DNA of 63,229 nt, filler included, from Candidatus Aminicenantales bacterium (GCA_049512315.1; 6 parts of 6 records of this genome joined end to end with filler, not necessarily neighbours in it); one strand, 5' to 3'; positions 49,673 through 59,781 are shown, counted from the whole stretch's first letter. The notes: generated from the sequence alone by a model not told the origin. Program-made: numbers and translations.

Positions 49673-50681
49673 TGTAATACTTCATATCCTCGCGGACACT
49701 ATTCCAATTATTCTAAGACACTCCTCAATGCTTCATAGGGCGTCTTGCCCTTAAACGCTCCGTGTGGACGATCAAGATTATAGAACCTCTCCCACTCCGC
49801 CAATTTCTCATTTAAATCGACATCGTCCGTATATGTCAACAATTGATAAAATTCTTCCTGATCCGTTCGATGAGATCTTTCAACCTTCCCGTTGAGCTGT
49901 GGAGATCGAGGTCTAATATAGACATGCCTCATCCCTTTGTCCTCGACATGCCAGTGAAACTGGGCTTGAAACTCATGGCCTCGGTCTGTTCGGATCGTAT
50001 GGATGCGGAAGGGGAATTTCTCAATCACATAATCAACAAACTTAATGGCATTCTGCTGATTGTGACGGGGGTAGATTTTCAGCGCCCTGATCCGGGTGGC
50101 ATCATCAATAGCCGTGTATTGAAAGCGTCGAACCCTGGTTCCCTCAAAGTTCCTGAGAGAGACAAATTTGACATCCACTTGGACGTGATGGCCAGGGACT
50201 TCCTTGGCATAACGGCGAGTGTGAATAGCCCTCCGCGCTGAACTCTTCGGCAAGCGTCTCATCCCGTTTCGAACAAGGGTTCGGGAGACGGTGGACTCTG
50301 AGGTCTTAATTCCATGGTAGCGCTCCAAGTACCACATGATTCTCTCGGGTCCGAGTTTATATGTCTGCCTCAGGTGGAGGATCTTGTCAACGACATCTTG
50401 AGCTAATTTTCGAGGATGATTGAGGACAACAGGTTTTTTCCTAGCTAACCCAGCTTTTCCGCCTTTCTCGTAGGCTTTCTTCCACCCATAAAACGTCGAC
50501 CTCGGTACGTTGAATTCGCGACAGGCCTGGATCACAGTGCGGCAAACCGTAGCATACTCAAGAACTGTCCATTTGAAATGAATTCTGAGTGCCTCTCCGA
50601 CTCCTTTTTTCATATGTCAGACCTCCTTTATGTAGCTTAGCAAATAACATAAAGTGTCCGGAAGGATCTGACATATCTACA
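49673..50681 (-). mobile_element. IS481-family insertion sequence, apparently complete (1009 bp)
   Basis: Terminal IRs TGTAGATATGTCAGATCCTTCCGGACACT / TGTAATACTTCATATCCTCGCGGACACT; no target duplication visible. Confidence 0.88.
49708..50613 (-). CDS. IS481-family DDE transposase
   Basis: HVQVDVK, TAIDDATR, TDRGHEF, NGKVERSHRT, YN..RPH. Confidence 0.95.
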   Translation of the reverse strand: MKKGVGEALRIHFKWTVLEYATVCRTVIQACREFNVPRSTFYGWKKAYEKGGKAGLARKKPVVLNHPRKLAQDVVDKILHLRQTYKLGPERIMWYLERYHGIKTSESTVSRTLVRNGMRRLPKSSARRAIHTRRYAKEVPGHHVQVDVKFVSLRNFEGTRVRRFQYTAIDDATRIRALKIYPRHNQQNAIKFVDYVIEKFPFRIHTIRTDRGHEFQAQFHWHVEDKGMRHVYIRPRSPQLNGKVERSHRTDQEEFYQLLTYTDDVDLNEKLAEWERFYNLDRPHGAFKGKTPYEALRSVLE

Positions 50682-50913
50682 CCCTTGGTTTGGGTGAAAA
50701 AACTGATTATCAAGGAAGCCGTGGAGAGGATGCAGGATGGTTGCCACCCGGGCTATCTGAAGGAGCAGCGGCGGGTTGTCTCCGTCAGGGAGCTCCGGCC
50801 GAGACGTGACCTCTTGACAATCAAGGCCCGGCTGGACGGGCGCGTGGAGGCCAAGGTCATGCGGCCCTTTGCCCTGCCCGCCGACGTGAGGGCCGTTCTA
50901 CAGGGAGACTGAT

Positions 50914-52524
50914 GTGGCCCAGTGCCAAGCGCTCCGGGTCGACGGCCGCCCCTGCGGCATGAAGGCCCTGCGGGGCGAGCCGTTCTGCGTCCGCCACAGC
51001 GAAAAGACCTGCCCCGGGAACATTATCGAGGCCATGTTCGACAAACGGGCCTTCGGGAAGCAGTTCCACGACCCGGCGACATGGTCGAACTGGGTAGTTT
51101 GCTTGAAGACGATCTATGGCCTTTCGCTTACCCCGCCCGAACTCGAGGTCTTCAGAATCTGCTCCGGCAGGTCCCATCCCCGCCCCGGGGGCTATGAGGA
51201 GGTTTTCATCATCGCCGGGAGGCAGGGCGGGAAATCCACGACGATGGGCTTCGTAGCCGCATACGAGGCGGCCCTGGGAGGTTGGGAGAAGAAGGTCGGC
51301 CCGGGCGAGCAGTGGAACATCTTCTGCCTGGCCGACACGAGGGAGCAGGCAGGCATCGTCTTCGGCAACATCAAGCGGTTCCTCGGGCCCTTCCAGAGGC
51401 TGGTCAAACGGGAGACTTGCGACGAGCTAGACCTCGTCAACGGGGCGCACATCGCAGTCAAGGCGTCGGACTTCAGGTCGGTCAGGGGATGGCGCCTGGC
51501 CCTGGTCGTCCTCGACGAGGTGGCGTTCTTCCCGAACGACAACGTCGACGAGCTCGTCTCGGCCCTGACGCCCTCGATCATCCCCGGCGGCCGGCTGATA
51601 GGCATCTCGAGCCCGAACCGGAAGGCGGGGCCGCTCTGGGCGCTCTACGAAAAGTTCTGGGGGCGGGATGATGCCGATACGCTCATTTTCAAGGCCCCGA
51701 CGAAGCTCCTGAACCCCACTTTCTCTGAAAGGAAGATCGCCCGGGACATGGAAAGGGACCCCGAACGGTGCAGGGCCGAATATGAGGCCGTTTTCCGAGA
51801 CGATATCGGGGCGCTTTTCGACGAGGAGAAGTTAAGGGCTGCGGCGACGGGCTCCGAGAATCTGCCCGAAAAGGGCCTTAACTACTACGCCTTCATCGAT
51901 GCGTCAGCGGGAAAGGCTGACAGCATGACGCTGGCCATCGCCCATGCCTTCGAAGAGAAGGTCTATCTCGACCTCATCCGCGAAAACGCGCCCCCGTTCG
52001 ATTTCATCCAGGTCGTCAACGAATATGCCGGCCTTCTCCGAGAGTACGATATCCATGAATGCTGGGGCGACAGGTACGCATTCGCTTCGCTCGAGAGCCA
52101 GCTCAGGCGGCACAGGATCGCCCTGAGCCAGAGCAAGGCCAGCACAACGGAGTTCTACCTGAAGATGAAGGCGCTTCTGCAAGCCAGGGCCGTGGTCCTC
52201 CTGGACAACAAAAAGCTGATCGACCAACTGAAGCGGCTCGAACTCCAGACGCTGCCCAGCGGCGCCGAGAGGATCGATCACCCGAAGAACGCCAACGACG
52301 ACCTGGCCTCCGCTGCGGCCGGGGCGATCTACCATGTGTGCAAGGGGATGGCGTCCAGGCAACCCACGCCTGGGCTCGTCGTCCAGAGGCACGAGCACCC
52401 GGACCTCCAGCGGGAAAAGGAGCTGGCGGCAAGGGAAGAGTTGGAGGACTGCAAAAGGGAGATGATGGACTACATCAATGAAGCCGAAGGCGGGGTCGGC
52501 ATTCTTCTTAAACCCAGACGCTAA
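50914..52524 (+). CDS. phage terminase large subunit with N-terminal C-C-C-H zinc-finger-like segment
   Basis: Walker A AGRQGGKS, Walker B VVLDE, coupling motif ISSP, nuclease IDASAG..D and HP..NDDLA. Confidence 0.88.
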   Translation: MAQCQALRVDGRPCGMKALRGEPFCVRHSEKTCPGNIIEAMFDKRAFGKQFHDPATWSNWVVCLKTIYGLSLTPPELEVFRICSGRSHPRPGGYEEVFIIAGRQGGKSTTMGFVAAYEAALGGWEKKVGPGEQWNIFCLADTREQAGIVFGNIKRFLGPFQRLVKRETCDELDLVNGAHIAVKASDFRSVRGWRLALVVLDEVAFFPNDNVDELVSALTPSIIPGGRLIGISSPNRKAGPLWALYEKFWGRDDADTLIFKAPTKLLNPTFSERKIARDMERDPERCRAEYEAVFRDDIGALFDEEKLRAAATGSENLPEKGLNYYAFIDASAGKADSMTLAIAHAFEEKVYLDLIRENAPPFDFIQVVNEYAGLLREYDIHECWGDRYAFASLESQLRRHRIALSQSKASTTEFYLKMKALLQARAVVLLDNKKLIDQLKRLELQTLPSGAERIDHPKNANDDLASAAAGAIYHVCKGMASRQPTPGLVVQRHEHPDLQREKELAAREELEDCKREMMDYINEAEGGVGILLKPRR

Positions 52525-52672
52525 TTTATCCCCTTAAAACGCATTTAAAGCCCATCCCGAGCTAAAAATTAAAAAGATAAAACCCTACTTTTGACTGGAT
52601 CAGTTTTGAGGTGAGGCTCCCTCTTCAAATACGGCACCACGTTGACCCGGCGGGGCCAGGGCGAAAATCTTC

Positions 52673-53164
52673 CTATTCGTCCTTGTCGGTTTTCATAGAA
52701 AAATCGAGTGCTGCGAGCTTTCCCGTCGCGGATTCCTTAATGAACTCTTCGACCTTCGCCTTGATGGCGTCGCGGACCTCACGTGTCTTTGCGAGCCGCT
52801 CCTCGCGCGTCCCTGTGAATGAGGCAGGGTCGGGAAAGCTCCAAATGAGAGTCCGGGTAATCCCAGGGAAGGTCGGACAGCGCTGGGCGGCCTCTGTGTC
52901 GCAGACGGCAATGACATAACCGAAGAGGACGCCGCTCTTATAGACATCAAAGACGCTCTTGGTCGAATTTTGCGAAATGTCGATTCCGACCTCTTTTATG
53001 ACCTCGACGGCCAGAGGATTGAGTGTGCCCGGTTCGAGTCCGGCGCTCGATGCCACGAACCGTCCTCCGGCCCGGGTATTGAGGAATGCTTCAGCCATCT
53101 GGCTTCTGGCGCTGTTGTGGACGCAGACGAACAACACACGGACGGCATTGCCATTCACGACCAT
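52673..53164 (-). CDS. arsC: arsenate reductase (LMW-PTP type)
   Basis: [13 protein letters not shown]-loop, VCD..CPTFPG, DP. Confidence 0.92.
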   Translation of the reverse strand: MVVNGNAVRVLFVCVHNSARSQMAEAFLNTRAGGRFVASSAGLEPGTLNPLAVEVIKEVGIDISQNSTKSVFDVYKSGVLFGYVIAVCDTEAAQRCPTFPGITRTLIWSFPDPASFTGTREERLAKTREVRDAIKAKVEEFIKESATGKLAALDFSMKTDKDE

Positions 53165-53216
53165 CGTTGGCTCCTTCCGCAGAATATCGTCGGCATTAGG
53201 GGATTCCGATGCCGGG

Positions 53217-54245
53217 TCAGACCGCCGATTCCGCGCTTTCCATAAGCCGGCTTATACGGTCGGCGAGGTTGTTTTGGTTACGGAGGTAGAGCGAGCCGGG
53301 GATCCCAGAGTCCGATAGCGCTTCGATGGCCTTGCGAAGGAGCCACCGGGAGATCCCCGGGGCGTTCGGGCGATCCTGCGCCACCTGTCTGATGATCCCG
53401 TCGAGGATCGCACTTCCTGTGTCTATCGTAAGGGAATCCTTGGCGTGGAGCCAGCTCGCTTTATCGAATAGATTCCGGATGCGGACGGACGTCTCAGCCT
53501 TGAGGCGGGGAAGGGTTAAATCGTCCGGACAAAGGTGGGATTCCCTGGACGCGATCCGGCCGAAAAACGTCTCGAAGGAATTGCCGCGGGCCAGGCTGAA
53601 GGCCCTGCCGATGTCTCCGACGTGGCTGTCGGTCGCCGCCACGATGCCCTTCGACTTGGCGTTCGCCAGGCGGAGAGCTTGGGCGTTGATGCGGCTGGTT
53701 CGGCCCATGTTGTATTCGAGGACCGGGAAGAGGTCGGCGATCTCGAGGATGGCTCGCAGATTTGGCGTCTCCTCCGGCTCGTGCCAGAAGGGATGATTGA
53801 ACACGAAGGGGAGGCCTTCGTCCCGGAGGTACGTGGTCAGGTCCACGATGTCCCGGCCCGTCCGGGCGAGCTTCTGGATCTCCCGGAATTGGCCGGGATT
53901 GAGAGTGTAGACGTTAATGTGGATGGTGTGGCCCACGTTTCTGGTGTCGAGGATCCTGACCTCGACGGCCGGGACGAGGCCTTCGCGCGTCCAACCGACC
54001 TGGTCATAGGCGGCCATCGTATCGTGGTCCGTGAAGGCGACGTAGCTCATGCCCATCCGGCGGGCTTTTTGATAGAGAACCATAGGGTCGACCTGCCGGG
54101 TCGGGATGACATCATAGGAATGGAGCGTGTGAACATGAAGGTCCGCCGCCTGCCACCCGCCGGCCAGCAGCGTCTGGGCCTGCTTGGCGTTTAAGACCTT
54201 GGGCTCTCGCCCGTTGTCGGTTAGAGATGTACTCATGCTATTCAC
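53217..54245 (-). CDS. PHP domain phosphoesterase
   Basis: DLHVHT, TDHD, H.NVY, NHP, EYN, TDSH; start may be ATG 54236. Confidence 0.88.
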   Translation of the reverse strand: MNSMSTSLTDNGREPKVLNAKQAQTLLAGGWQAADLHVHTLHSYDVIPTRQVDPMVLYQKARRMGMSYVAFTDHDTMAAYDQVGWTREGLVPAVEVRILDTRNVGHTIHINVYTLNPGQFREIQKLARTGRDIVDLTTYLRDEGLPFVFNHPFWHEPEETPNLRAILEIADLFPVLEYNMGRTSRINAQALRLANAKSKGIVAATDSHVGDIGRAFSLARGNSFETFFGRIASRESHLCPDDLTLPRLKAETSVRIRNLFDKASWLHAKDSLTIDTGSAILDGIIRQVAQDRPNAPGISRWLLRKAIEALSDSGIPGSLYLRNQNNLADRISRLMESAESAV

Positions 54246-54265
54246 GCCATATTATCGCCCCGCTG

Positions 54266-54350
54266 CGTTAAGGGTGAATGAAGAAACGGTTAATTCTTGA
54301 TGAAGTCCGTCCTAACCAAGAATTAACCATCCCTTTATCGAAAACTCATG
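54266..54350. promoter_or_regulatory. back-to-back Pho-box-like arrays (4+4 hexamers, 11-bp period)
   Basis: Minus: TTCATC/TTAACC/TTCATT/TTAACG then TAATAT. Plus: CTAACC/TTAACC/TTTATC/CTCATG then TATAAA. 12-bp perfect IR at 54288-54299 / 54317-54328. Confidence 0.65.
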
Positions 54351-54369
54351 CGCCTCCGCTATAAAAGAG

Positions 54370-55551
54370 ATGATGAAAACGCTTCTCCTCGTCCTGCTTT
54401 CCCTGTCCGGCTTCGTGTTATTCATTTTCACGGCTTTTACGGTCGCCTACCGGCGGGGCAAAAAGACCCCGGCGGCGGGAGCCGGCGAATACCCCTTCGT
54501 CAGCCTCCTCAAACCGCTTAAGAACGCCGACGACGACATGGCCGCCAACCTGGAATCGTTTTATCATCTCGATTACCCCGCCTACGAAGTCCTATTCGCC
54601 GTCGACGATCTTCGCGACCCGTGCGTCGGTCTCCTGAAGGACCTTCAGGCCCGATACCCCCTGATCCCCACGGCGATTATCGCGACCGGCCATCCGCCCT
54701 TCGAGAATCCCAAGGTCCACAAGTTGGCTCGGCTCGAATCCAAGAGCCGAGGCCGGCTATTTTGGACGACGGACTCCAATATCCGTGTCGCTCCCGACGC
54801 TCTCCGCCGGCTCGTCGACGAATACTTAGCTCACGACGCCAAGGTCGTGTTCTCGCCCATCCGGGGGTCGTCGAGCCGGACCTTCGGCAGCCTCATGGAG
54901 AACGCGGGCCTCAACTTCTTCACCTCCGGGAGCATTCTCGCTTCCTGGTTCCTGGGACGTCAGGCCATCCTTGTCGGGAAGTCCATCCTCATCGAGCGCG
55001 CGGCTCTGGCCACGTTCGGGGGCTTCGGCTACTTCAAGGACTACTTAGCCGAGGACTTCCTCTTGGGCGAGGCGTTCATCAAGAGCGGCTTCCGTGTGAC
55101 GACCAATTGCACCTGGGTGACCAACGTCAACCAAACGGCTACTCCACGGAGCTTTTTCAAACGGATGTCCCGCTGGGCCAAGCTCCGCTTTAACCTCCGG
55201 CGGCCCGTCTATCTCCTGGAGGTCCTTCTCAATCCCATCGTCCTCGCCCTGGGCGGCGTAGCCGCCTTCGGAGGGATGGGCTTGATCATCCTAGCCGTTA
55301 CGGTCGGGGTCAAGATTCTCCTCGAATACCTGAACTTCCTATTCATTAATCCCGAGGACTGTCGCCATCTCGCGAATCATCTTCTCTTCCCCGCCGTCGT
55401 GGTTGCCAAGGACCTTATTCTCTTCGTCGTTTACTTCACGCCCTTCTTCAGCCGCCACGTTGAATGGCGGGGCGGCCGGGTCGCTATCGGTAAAAATACC
55501 TTGATTCAGATCCCGGCCAACGTGGATAATCTCGTTTATGAGGGCGCATGA
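54370..55551 (+). CDS. ceramide glucosyltransferase/HpnI-like membrane glycosyltransferase (GT2/GT21)
   Basis: SLLKPL, NPKV, DSN, LAEDF, RMSRW, VEWRG. Confidence 0.88.
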   Translation: MMKTLLLVLLSLSGFVLFIFTAFTVAYRRGKKTPAAGAGEYPFVSLLKPLKNADDDMAANLESFYHLDYPAYEVLFAVDDLRDPCVGLLKDLQARYPLIPTAIIATGHPPFENPKVHKLARLESKSRGRLFWTTDSNIRVAPDALRRLVDEYLAHDAKVVFSPIRGSSSRTFGSLMENAGLNFFTSGSILASWFLGRQAILVGKSILIERAALATFGGFGYFKDYLAEDFLLGEAFIKSGFRVTTNCTWVTNVNQTATPRSFFKRMSRWAKLRFNLRRPVYLLEVLLNPIVLALGGVAAFGGMGLIILAVTVGVKILLEYLNFLFINPEDCRHLANHLLFPAVVVAKDLILFVVYFTPFFSRHVEWRGGRVAIGKNTLIQIPANVDNLVYEGA

Positions 55552-56890
55552 CAAGGCGTGGGTCGTCACCGTCCTCATGGGCCTGGGCCATCTTCGGGCG
55601 GCCTACCCCCTGCGCGGGCTCACTCATGAGGGGATTATCGTATACGGCTCGCGCCGCTCGACGCCCGCACCGGAATACAGAATCTGGAGGCGGCTGCGCC
55701 GTCTCTACTACAGCACGTCGAAAGCCGGCGCCGTTCCCCTCATCGGAAAGGCTTTGCTCGGTCTTGCTCTGGCCGTTCAGCGCATACCGCCCTATTACCC
55801 AAAGGCTGACCAGTCCCGTCCGAACTTCGCCGTGAAGTACCTCAAGCGCCTGATCAAAAGGCGGGGGCTCTGCTCGGGCCTTCGGGATAGGATTGGGGCT
55901 GCGCCCCATCCGGTCATTCATACGTTTTATGCGACCGCAATCGCCCTGGAGGCCCTCGAAAAGTCAGCGCCAGACCCGCGGCGGGACAATTACCTGCTCA
56001 TCTGTGACGCGGACTTCAACCGGGTCTGGGTTCCCGAGGATCCTAGAGCGAGCCGGATCCGTTATCTGGCGCCCTGTACCCAGGTGCGCCGCAGGCTCGC
56101 GGCGTACGGTGTCCCCGAAGAGGCCATCCTCATGACGGGCTTCCCGTTGCCCAAGGAGAACATCGGCTCGGAAACGGGACTCGAGGTCCTCAAGGGCGAT
56201 CTATTCGACCGCTTGCTCCGGCTGGACCCGGCCGGCAAGTTCTTTTCCTATCATGAGAGGTCCGTGCTCGGCTGGCTCGACAGGGACTCCGTGCCCGCAA
56301 ACCGCCCCCGCCATTTCACGGTGATGTTCGCCATCGGCGGCGCCGGCGCCCAAACTGAGATGGTCGAGAAAATCCTGGCGGGCCTCGGGGACCGCATCCG
56401 GAAGGACGAGGTCCGCCTGACGCTCTCCTGCGGGATTCAAAAAAAGGTCTTCGAGCGCGTCCTTGGGTTTATCAGCGAAGCGGTCCTGCGCGGCGAGATC
56501 GACCGGGGCCTCCAGATCGTCTACGACCAGGACGTCTACGCTTATCTCGATCGCTTCAACGCCCACCTTCGCCGGACCGACGTCCTCTGGACCAAACCCA
56601 GCGAGCTCGCATTCTATTGCGGCTTGGGACTGCCCGTCCTGATAGCCGATCCGATCGGAGCTCATGAGGAGCTCAATAAGCGTTGGCTCCAGGAGATTCA
56701 TGCCGGTGTCATCCCCCCTGGGCCCTTGGAGGCGTGCGGGGAATGGCTCTTCGACCTCAGGGAGGACGGGCGTCTGGCTGAGGCGGCATGGGACGGATTC
56801 CTCAAGGCCCGCAAGCTCGGAACGTATAAGATTGAGCGCCTTATCCGGACTGGCGAGTTCAAGGAGGGGGCTACGCCCCTGGAGCTTTGA
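55538..56890 (+). CDS. GT-B glycosyltransferase-like protein resembling MGDG synthase/UgtP (GT28)
   Basis: MGLGHLRAA, TGFPLP, GGAG, WTKPSE, PIGAHEELN. Confidence 0.7.
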   Translation: MRAHDKAWVVTVLMGLGHLRAAYPLRGLTHEGIIVYGSRRSTPAPEYRIWRRLRRLYYSTSKAGAVPLIGKALLGLALAVQRIPPYYPKADQSRPNFAVKYLKRLIKRRGLCSGLRDRIGAAPHPVIHTFYATAIALEALEKSAPDPRRDNYLLICDADFNRVWVPEDPRASRIRYLAPCTQVRRRLAAYGVPEEAILMTGFPLPKENIGSETGLEVLKGDLFDRLLRLDPAGKFFSYHERSVLGWLDRDSVPANRPRHFTVMFAIGGAGAQTEMVEKILAGLGDRIRKDEVRLTLSCGIQKKVFERVLGFISEAVLRGEIDRGLQIVYDQDVYAYLDRFNAHLRRTDVLWTKPSELAFYCGLGLPVLIADPIGAHEELNKRWLQEIHAGVIPPGPLEACGEWLFDLREDGRLAEAAWDGFLKARKLGTYKIERLIRTGEFKEGATPLEL

Positions 56891-56891
56891 A

Positions 56892-57893
56892 TTGACAATC
56901 CTCCTCGTTATCCTCATCGTTCTCGTAGCATTGGCGTTCGCCTTCACCAACGGCATGCATGACGCGGCCAACTCAATCGCCACCATCGTCTCGACTCAGG
57001 TCCTGAGCCCGCGGCAGGCCGTCGCCTGGGCGGCCTTTTTCAACTTCGTCGCCTTCCTCATCTTCGGGACGGCCGTGGCCCAGACTATCGGCGCGGGGAT
57101 GATCAATACGTCCGCTGTGACGCCCATCGTCGTCTTAGCCGGGCTGCTCGGGGCGACTTGCTGGAATATCCTGACCTGGCTTCTCGGTCTTCCGACGAGT
57201 TCCTCGCATGCCCTCATTGGTGCCTATGCCGGTGCCGCGATGGCCAAGGCCGGGGTGGGCGTCATCATCGCCCACGGCTGGCTGAAGACGGTTATTTTTA
57301 TTTTCCTGGCCCCGTTACTCGGCCTTGTCCTTGGCGTTGTCTTCATCTGGATCACGGCCCGGATCGGCCAGAAGAAGCAGCCCGCCGAAATCAACCCGTG
57401 GTTCCGGAAACTCACACTCCTTTCTTCCTGCCTTTACAGCCTCGGCCACGGCGGCAACGACGCTCAGAAAACCGCGGGCGTCATCGCCAGCCTCGTTTTC
57501 TCGGCGGGCTATATGAAGACCTTTCATATCCCCTTTTGGATCGTCCTCAGCGCCTATGCGGCCATCGCCCTGGGGACTCTGTCCGGCGGCTGGCGGATCG
57601 TTAAAACGATAGGGCAGAAGATTACGAAGCTCCACCCGATTGACGGCTTCTGCGCCGAAACGGCTAGCGCCGCGAGCATCTTCCTGGCCACTTACATGGG
57701 CGTTCCCGTCAGCACAACACATGTCATCACGGGGGCGATCTCGGGGGTGGGGGCGACCAAGCGCCTCTCGGCCGTCCGCTGGGGAGTAACCCTCAAAATT
57801 GTCTGGGCCTGGATTCTCACAATTCCCGCGGCAGGCCTCGTCGGCGGAGCATTCTATCTCCTATTCCAGCTCATCTTCAACATCCCGGCCTGA
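56892..57893 (+). CDS. pit: inorganic phosphate transporter (PiT family)
   Basis: NGMHDAANSIAT, GLPTSSSHALIG, HGGNDAQK, GVPVSTTH; TTG start 1 nt after the upstream stop. Confidence 0.95.
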   Translation: MTILLVILIVLVALAFAFTNGMHDAANSIATIVSTQVLSPRQAVAWAAFFNFVAFLIFGTAVAQTIGAGMINTSAVTPIVVLAGLLGATCWNILTWLLGLPTSSSHALIGAYAGAAMAKAGVGVIIAHGWLKTVIFIFLAPLLGLVLGVVFIWITARIGQKKQPAEINPWFRKLTLLSSCLYSLGHGGNDAQKTAGVIASLVFSAGYMKTFHIPFWIVLSAYAAIALGTLSGGWRIVKTIGQKITKLHPIDGFCAETASAASIFLATYMGVPVSTTHVITGAISGVGATKRLSAVRWGVTLKIVWAWILTIPAAGLVGGAFYLLFQLIFNIPA

Positions 57894-58037
57894 CCTGCTC
57901 TCCCGAAATCCCGATAGCCTACGGTCCTAGTAGGAATGATGTTTTTCGCATCCCGGCCGTTATCTGCAGCTTGCTGACGAACATTCTTGTGTGCTTTCCG
58001 GAAGCGGTCTGAGACGATAGACCTGGGAGGAGAAAAA

Positions 58038-58352
58038 ATGACCAAGAAGAAAACGGCGAAGGTCGTCGAGGCCGTCCGCGCAACGGTCCCGGCAGGGACG
58101 GAGACCAAGTCAAAAACGGCGGAGACTAAGGCCGAGGCAAAAGTCGCCTCTAAGCCGGCCAGGGGAAAAGCCGCCAGGGAGGCCAAGATCCAGGGCCAGG
58201 TCGACGCCAACGCGGCCGCGATCCTCAAGACCCACGACGAGGGCAAGTCGGTCAAGGAGCTCTACAAGATGTTCGGGACCAACAAGGGCCTCTTCTGCGA
58301 CCTCGTCTACGTCGTCCTCTGGAAGGCGGGCCGCCTGCCCAATAGCAGGTAC
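58038..58352 (+). CDS. Lys/Ala-rich hypothetical protein (cut by contig edge)
   Basis: GGAGGAG RBS; low-complexity basic N-terminus. Confidence 0.6.
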
Positions 58353-58452
58353 NNNNNNNNNNNNNNNNNNNNNNNNNNNNNNNNNNNNNNNNNNNNTTAA
58401 TTAATTAANNNNNNNNNNNNNNNNNNNNNNNNNNNNNNNNNNNNNNNNNNNN
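58353..58452. other. artificial contig spacer
   Basis: N44-TTAATTAATTAA-N44. Confidence 0.99.
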
Positions 58453-58588
58453 GCATCCTTGGAAGGTTTACAGAGACCGGTTCGCAAGCGAACTACCCGA
58501 GAGACCCTAGGTGATGACAAAAGCGGAAAGATTCACGTTGCCCAGGACCGGAAGTATTCACGTTGCCTTGACATGGGTGAGGGGATTC

Positions 58589-58618
58589 TTGACACCGGTC
58601 CGCGGCCGGCGATATAGT
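58589..58618 (+). promoter_or_regulatory. sigma70-type promoter, near-leaderless
   Basis: TTGACA-N18-TATAGT ending 11 nt before ATG 58630; no RBS. Confidence 0.6.
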
Positions 58619-58629
58619 CCTTTTGCCCC

Positions 58630-59643
58630 ATGACGTGCCGCGACCTCCTCAAGGATATCATCGCCCTCAAGCCGGGCCCGCGCTGCGGCCTCTGGCTGGG
58701 CAACCCCCACCCCGACAGCTGGCCGGCCCTTCACCGGTATTTCGGCACCCGGACCGAGGAGGACTTCCGGCGCAAGCTCGGCGACGACTACCGCTGGATC
58801 TCGCCGAGCTTCATCGAGTCCACCTTCCGGGACCCGTCCTGCCGGCGGCTCTTTGACCTGGGCAAATCGAAGAAATCCCACGGCCAGGCCGGCCCGCTCG
58901 CCGGGGTCGAGGACCCGGCCGAGCTCGACGGCTTCGACTGGCCCAACCCGCGGGCCCTCGATTTCAAGGACGCCGTCCGGGTCCTCACGGACGCCGGCCC
59001 CTATTACCGGGCGAGCGGGTTCTGGTCGCCCTTTTTTCACGACATCATGGACCTCTTCGGCATGGAGGACTACTTCGTCAAGATGTGCACGAACCCGGCC
59101 GTCGTCCAAGCGGTCACCGACCGTGTTTGCGGTTTCTACCACGAAGCGAACGAAAGGTTCTTCGAGGCGGCCGGGAACCTCGTGGACGGCTATTTCTTCG
59201 GCAACGATTTCGGGACCCAGCTCGACCTGATGATCAGCCCCGCCCTTTTCGACGAGGTCGTTCTCCCCTGGTTCAAGCGGTTCACGGACCAGGCCCTCGG
59301 CCGCGGGTACCAGGTCATCCTCCACTCCTGCGGCTCGATCCATCGGGTCATCCCGCGGCTCATCGACGCGGGCGTGAACTGCCTCCATCCGCTGCAGGCC
59401 AAGGCCGCGAACATGGACGCCGCCACCCTGGCCAGGGATTTCAAGGGGAAGATCGCTTTCCTCGGCGGGATCGACACCCAGCGGGTCCTCAACCAGGGGA
59501 CGCCGGCCGAAGTCAAGGTCGAGGTCCGCCGCGTCAAGGACGTCCTCGGGCCCTGCCTCATCGTCAGCCCCAGCCACGAGGCCATCCTGCCCGACGTCCC
59601 GCCCCGGAACGTCGCGGCCATGGCCGAGGCCGCGCTCGAATAG
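58630..59643 (+). CDS. uroporphyrinogen decarboxylase (URO-D/MtaA-like) family protein
   Basis: GNDFGTQ..MISP, HSCG, GGIDTQ, SPSH. Confidence 0.9.
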   Translation: MTCRDLLKDIIALKPGPRCGLWLGNPHPDSWPALHRYFGTRTEEDFRRKLGDDYRWISPSFIESTFRDPSCRRLFDLGKSKKSHGQAGPLAGVEDPAELDGFDWPNPRALDFKDAVRVLTDAGPYYRASGFWSPFFHDIMDLFGMEDYFVKMCTNPAVVQAVTDRVCGFYHEANERFFEAAGNLVDGYFFGNDFGTQLDLMISPALFDEVVLPWFKRFTDQALGRGYQVILHSCGSIHRVIPRLIDAGVNCLHPLQAKAANMDAATLARDFKGKIAFLGGIDTQRVLNQGTPAEVKVEVRRVKDVLGPCLIVSPSHEAILPDVPPRNVAAMAEAALE

Positions 59644-59781
59644 GGGACACGTCCCCCGTTCTCCCAGACCGCTCCCCTCGTCCCCCCTCCCCGGCGATGA
59701 GAGAGAGAGGCGAAAAGTCACCCCATGGATCATCCCTGTGAGGGATTCACGGTTTAGTTCGCAATGTGATATATTCGTATC

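Noticed and set aside
50700..50730. IIKEAVER resembles the IS91 remnant VIKEVVER
   Set aside because: Match too short; the following cysteine motifs are absent.
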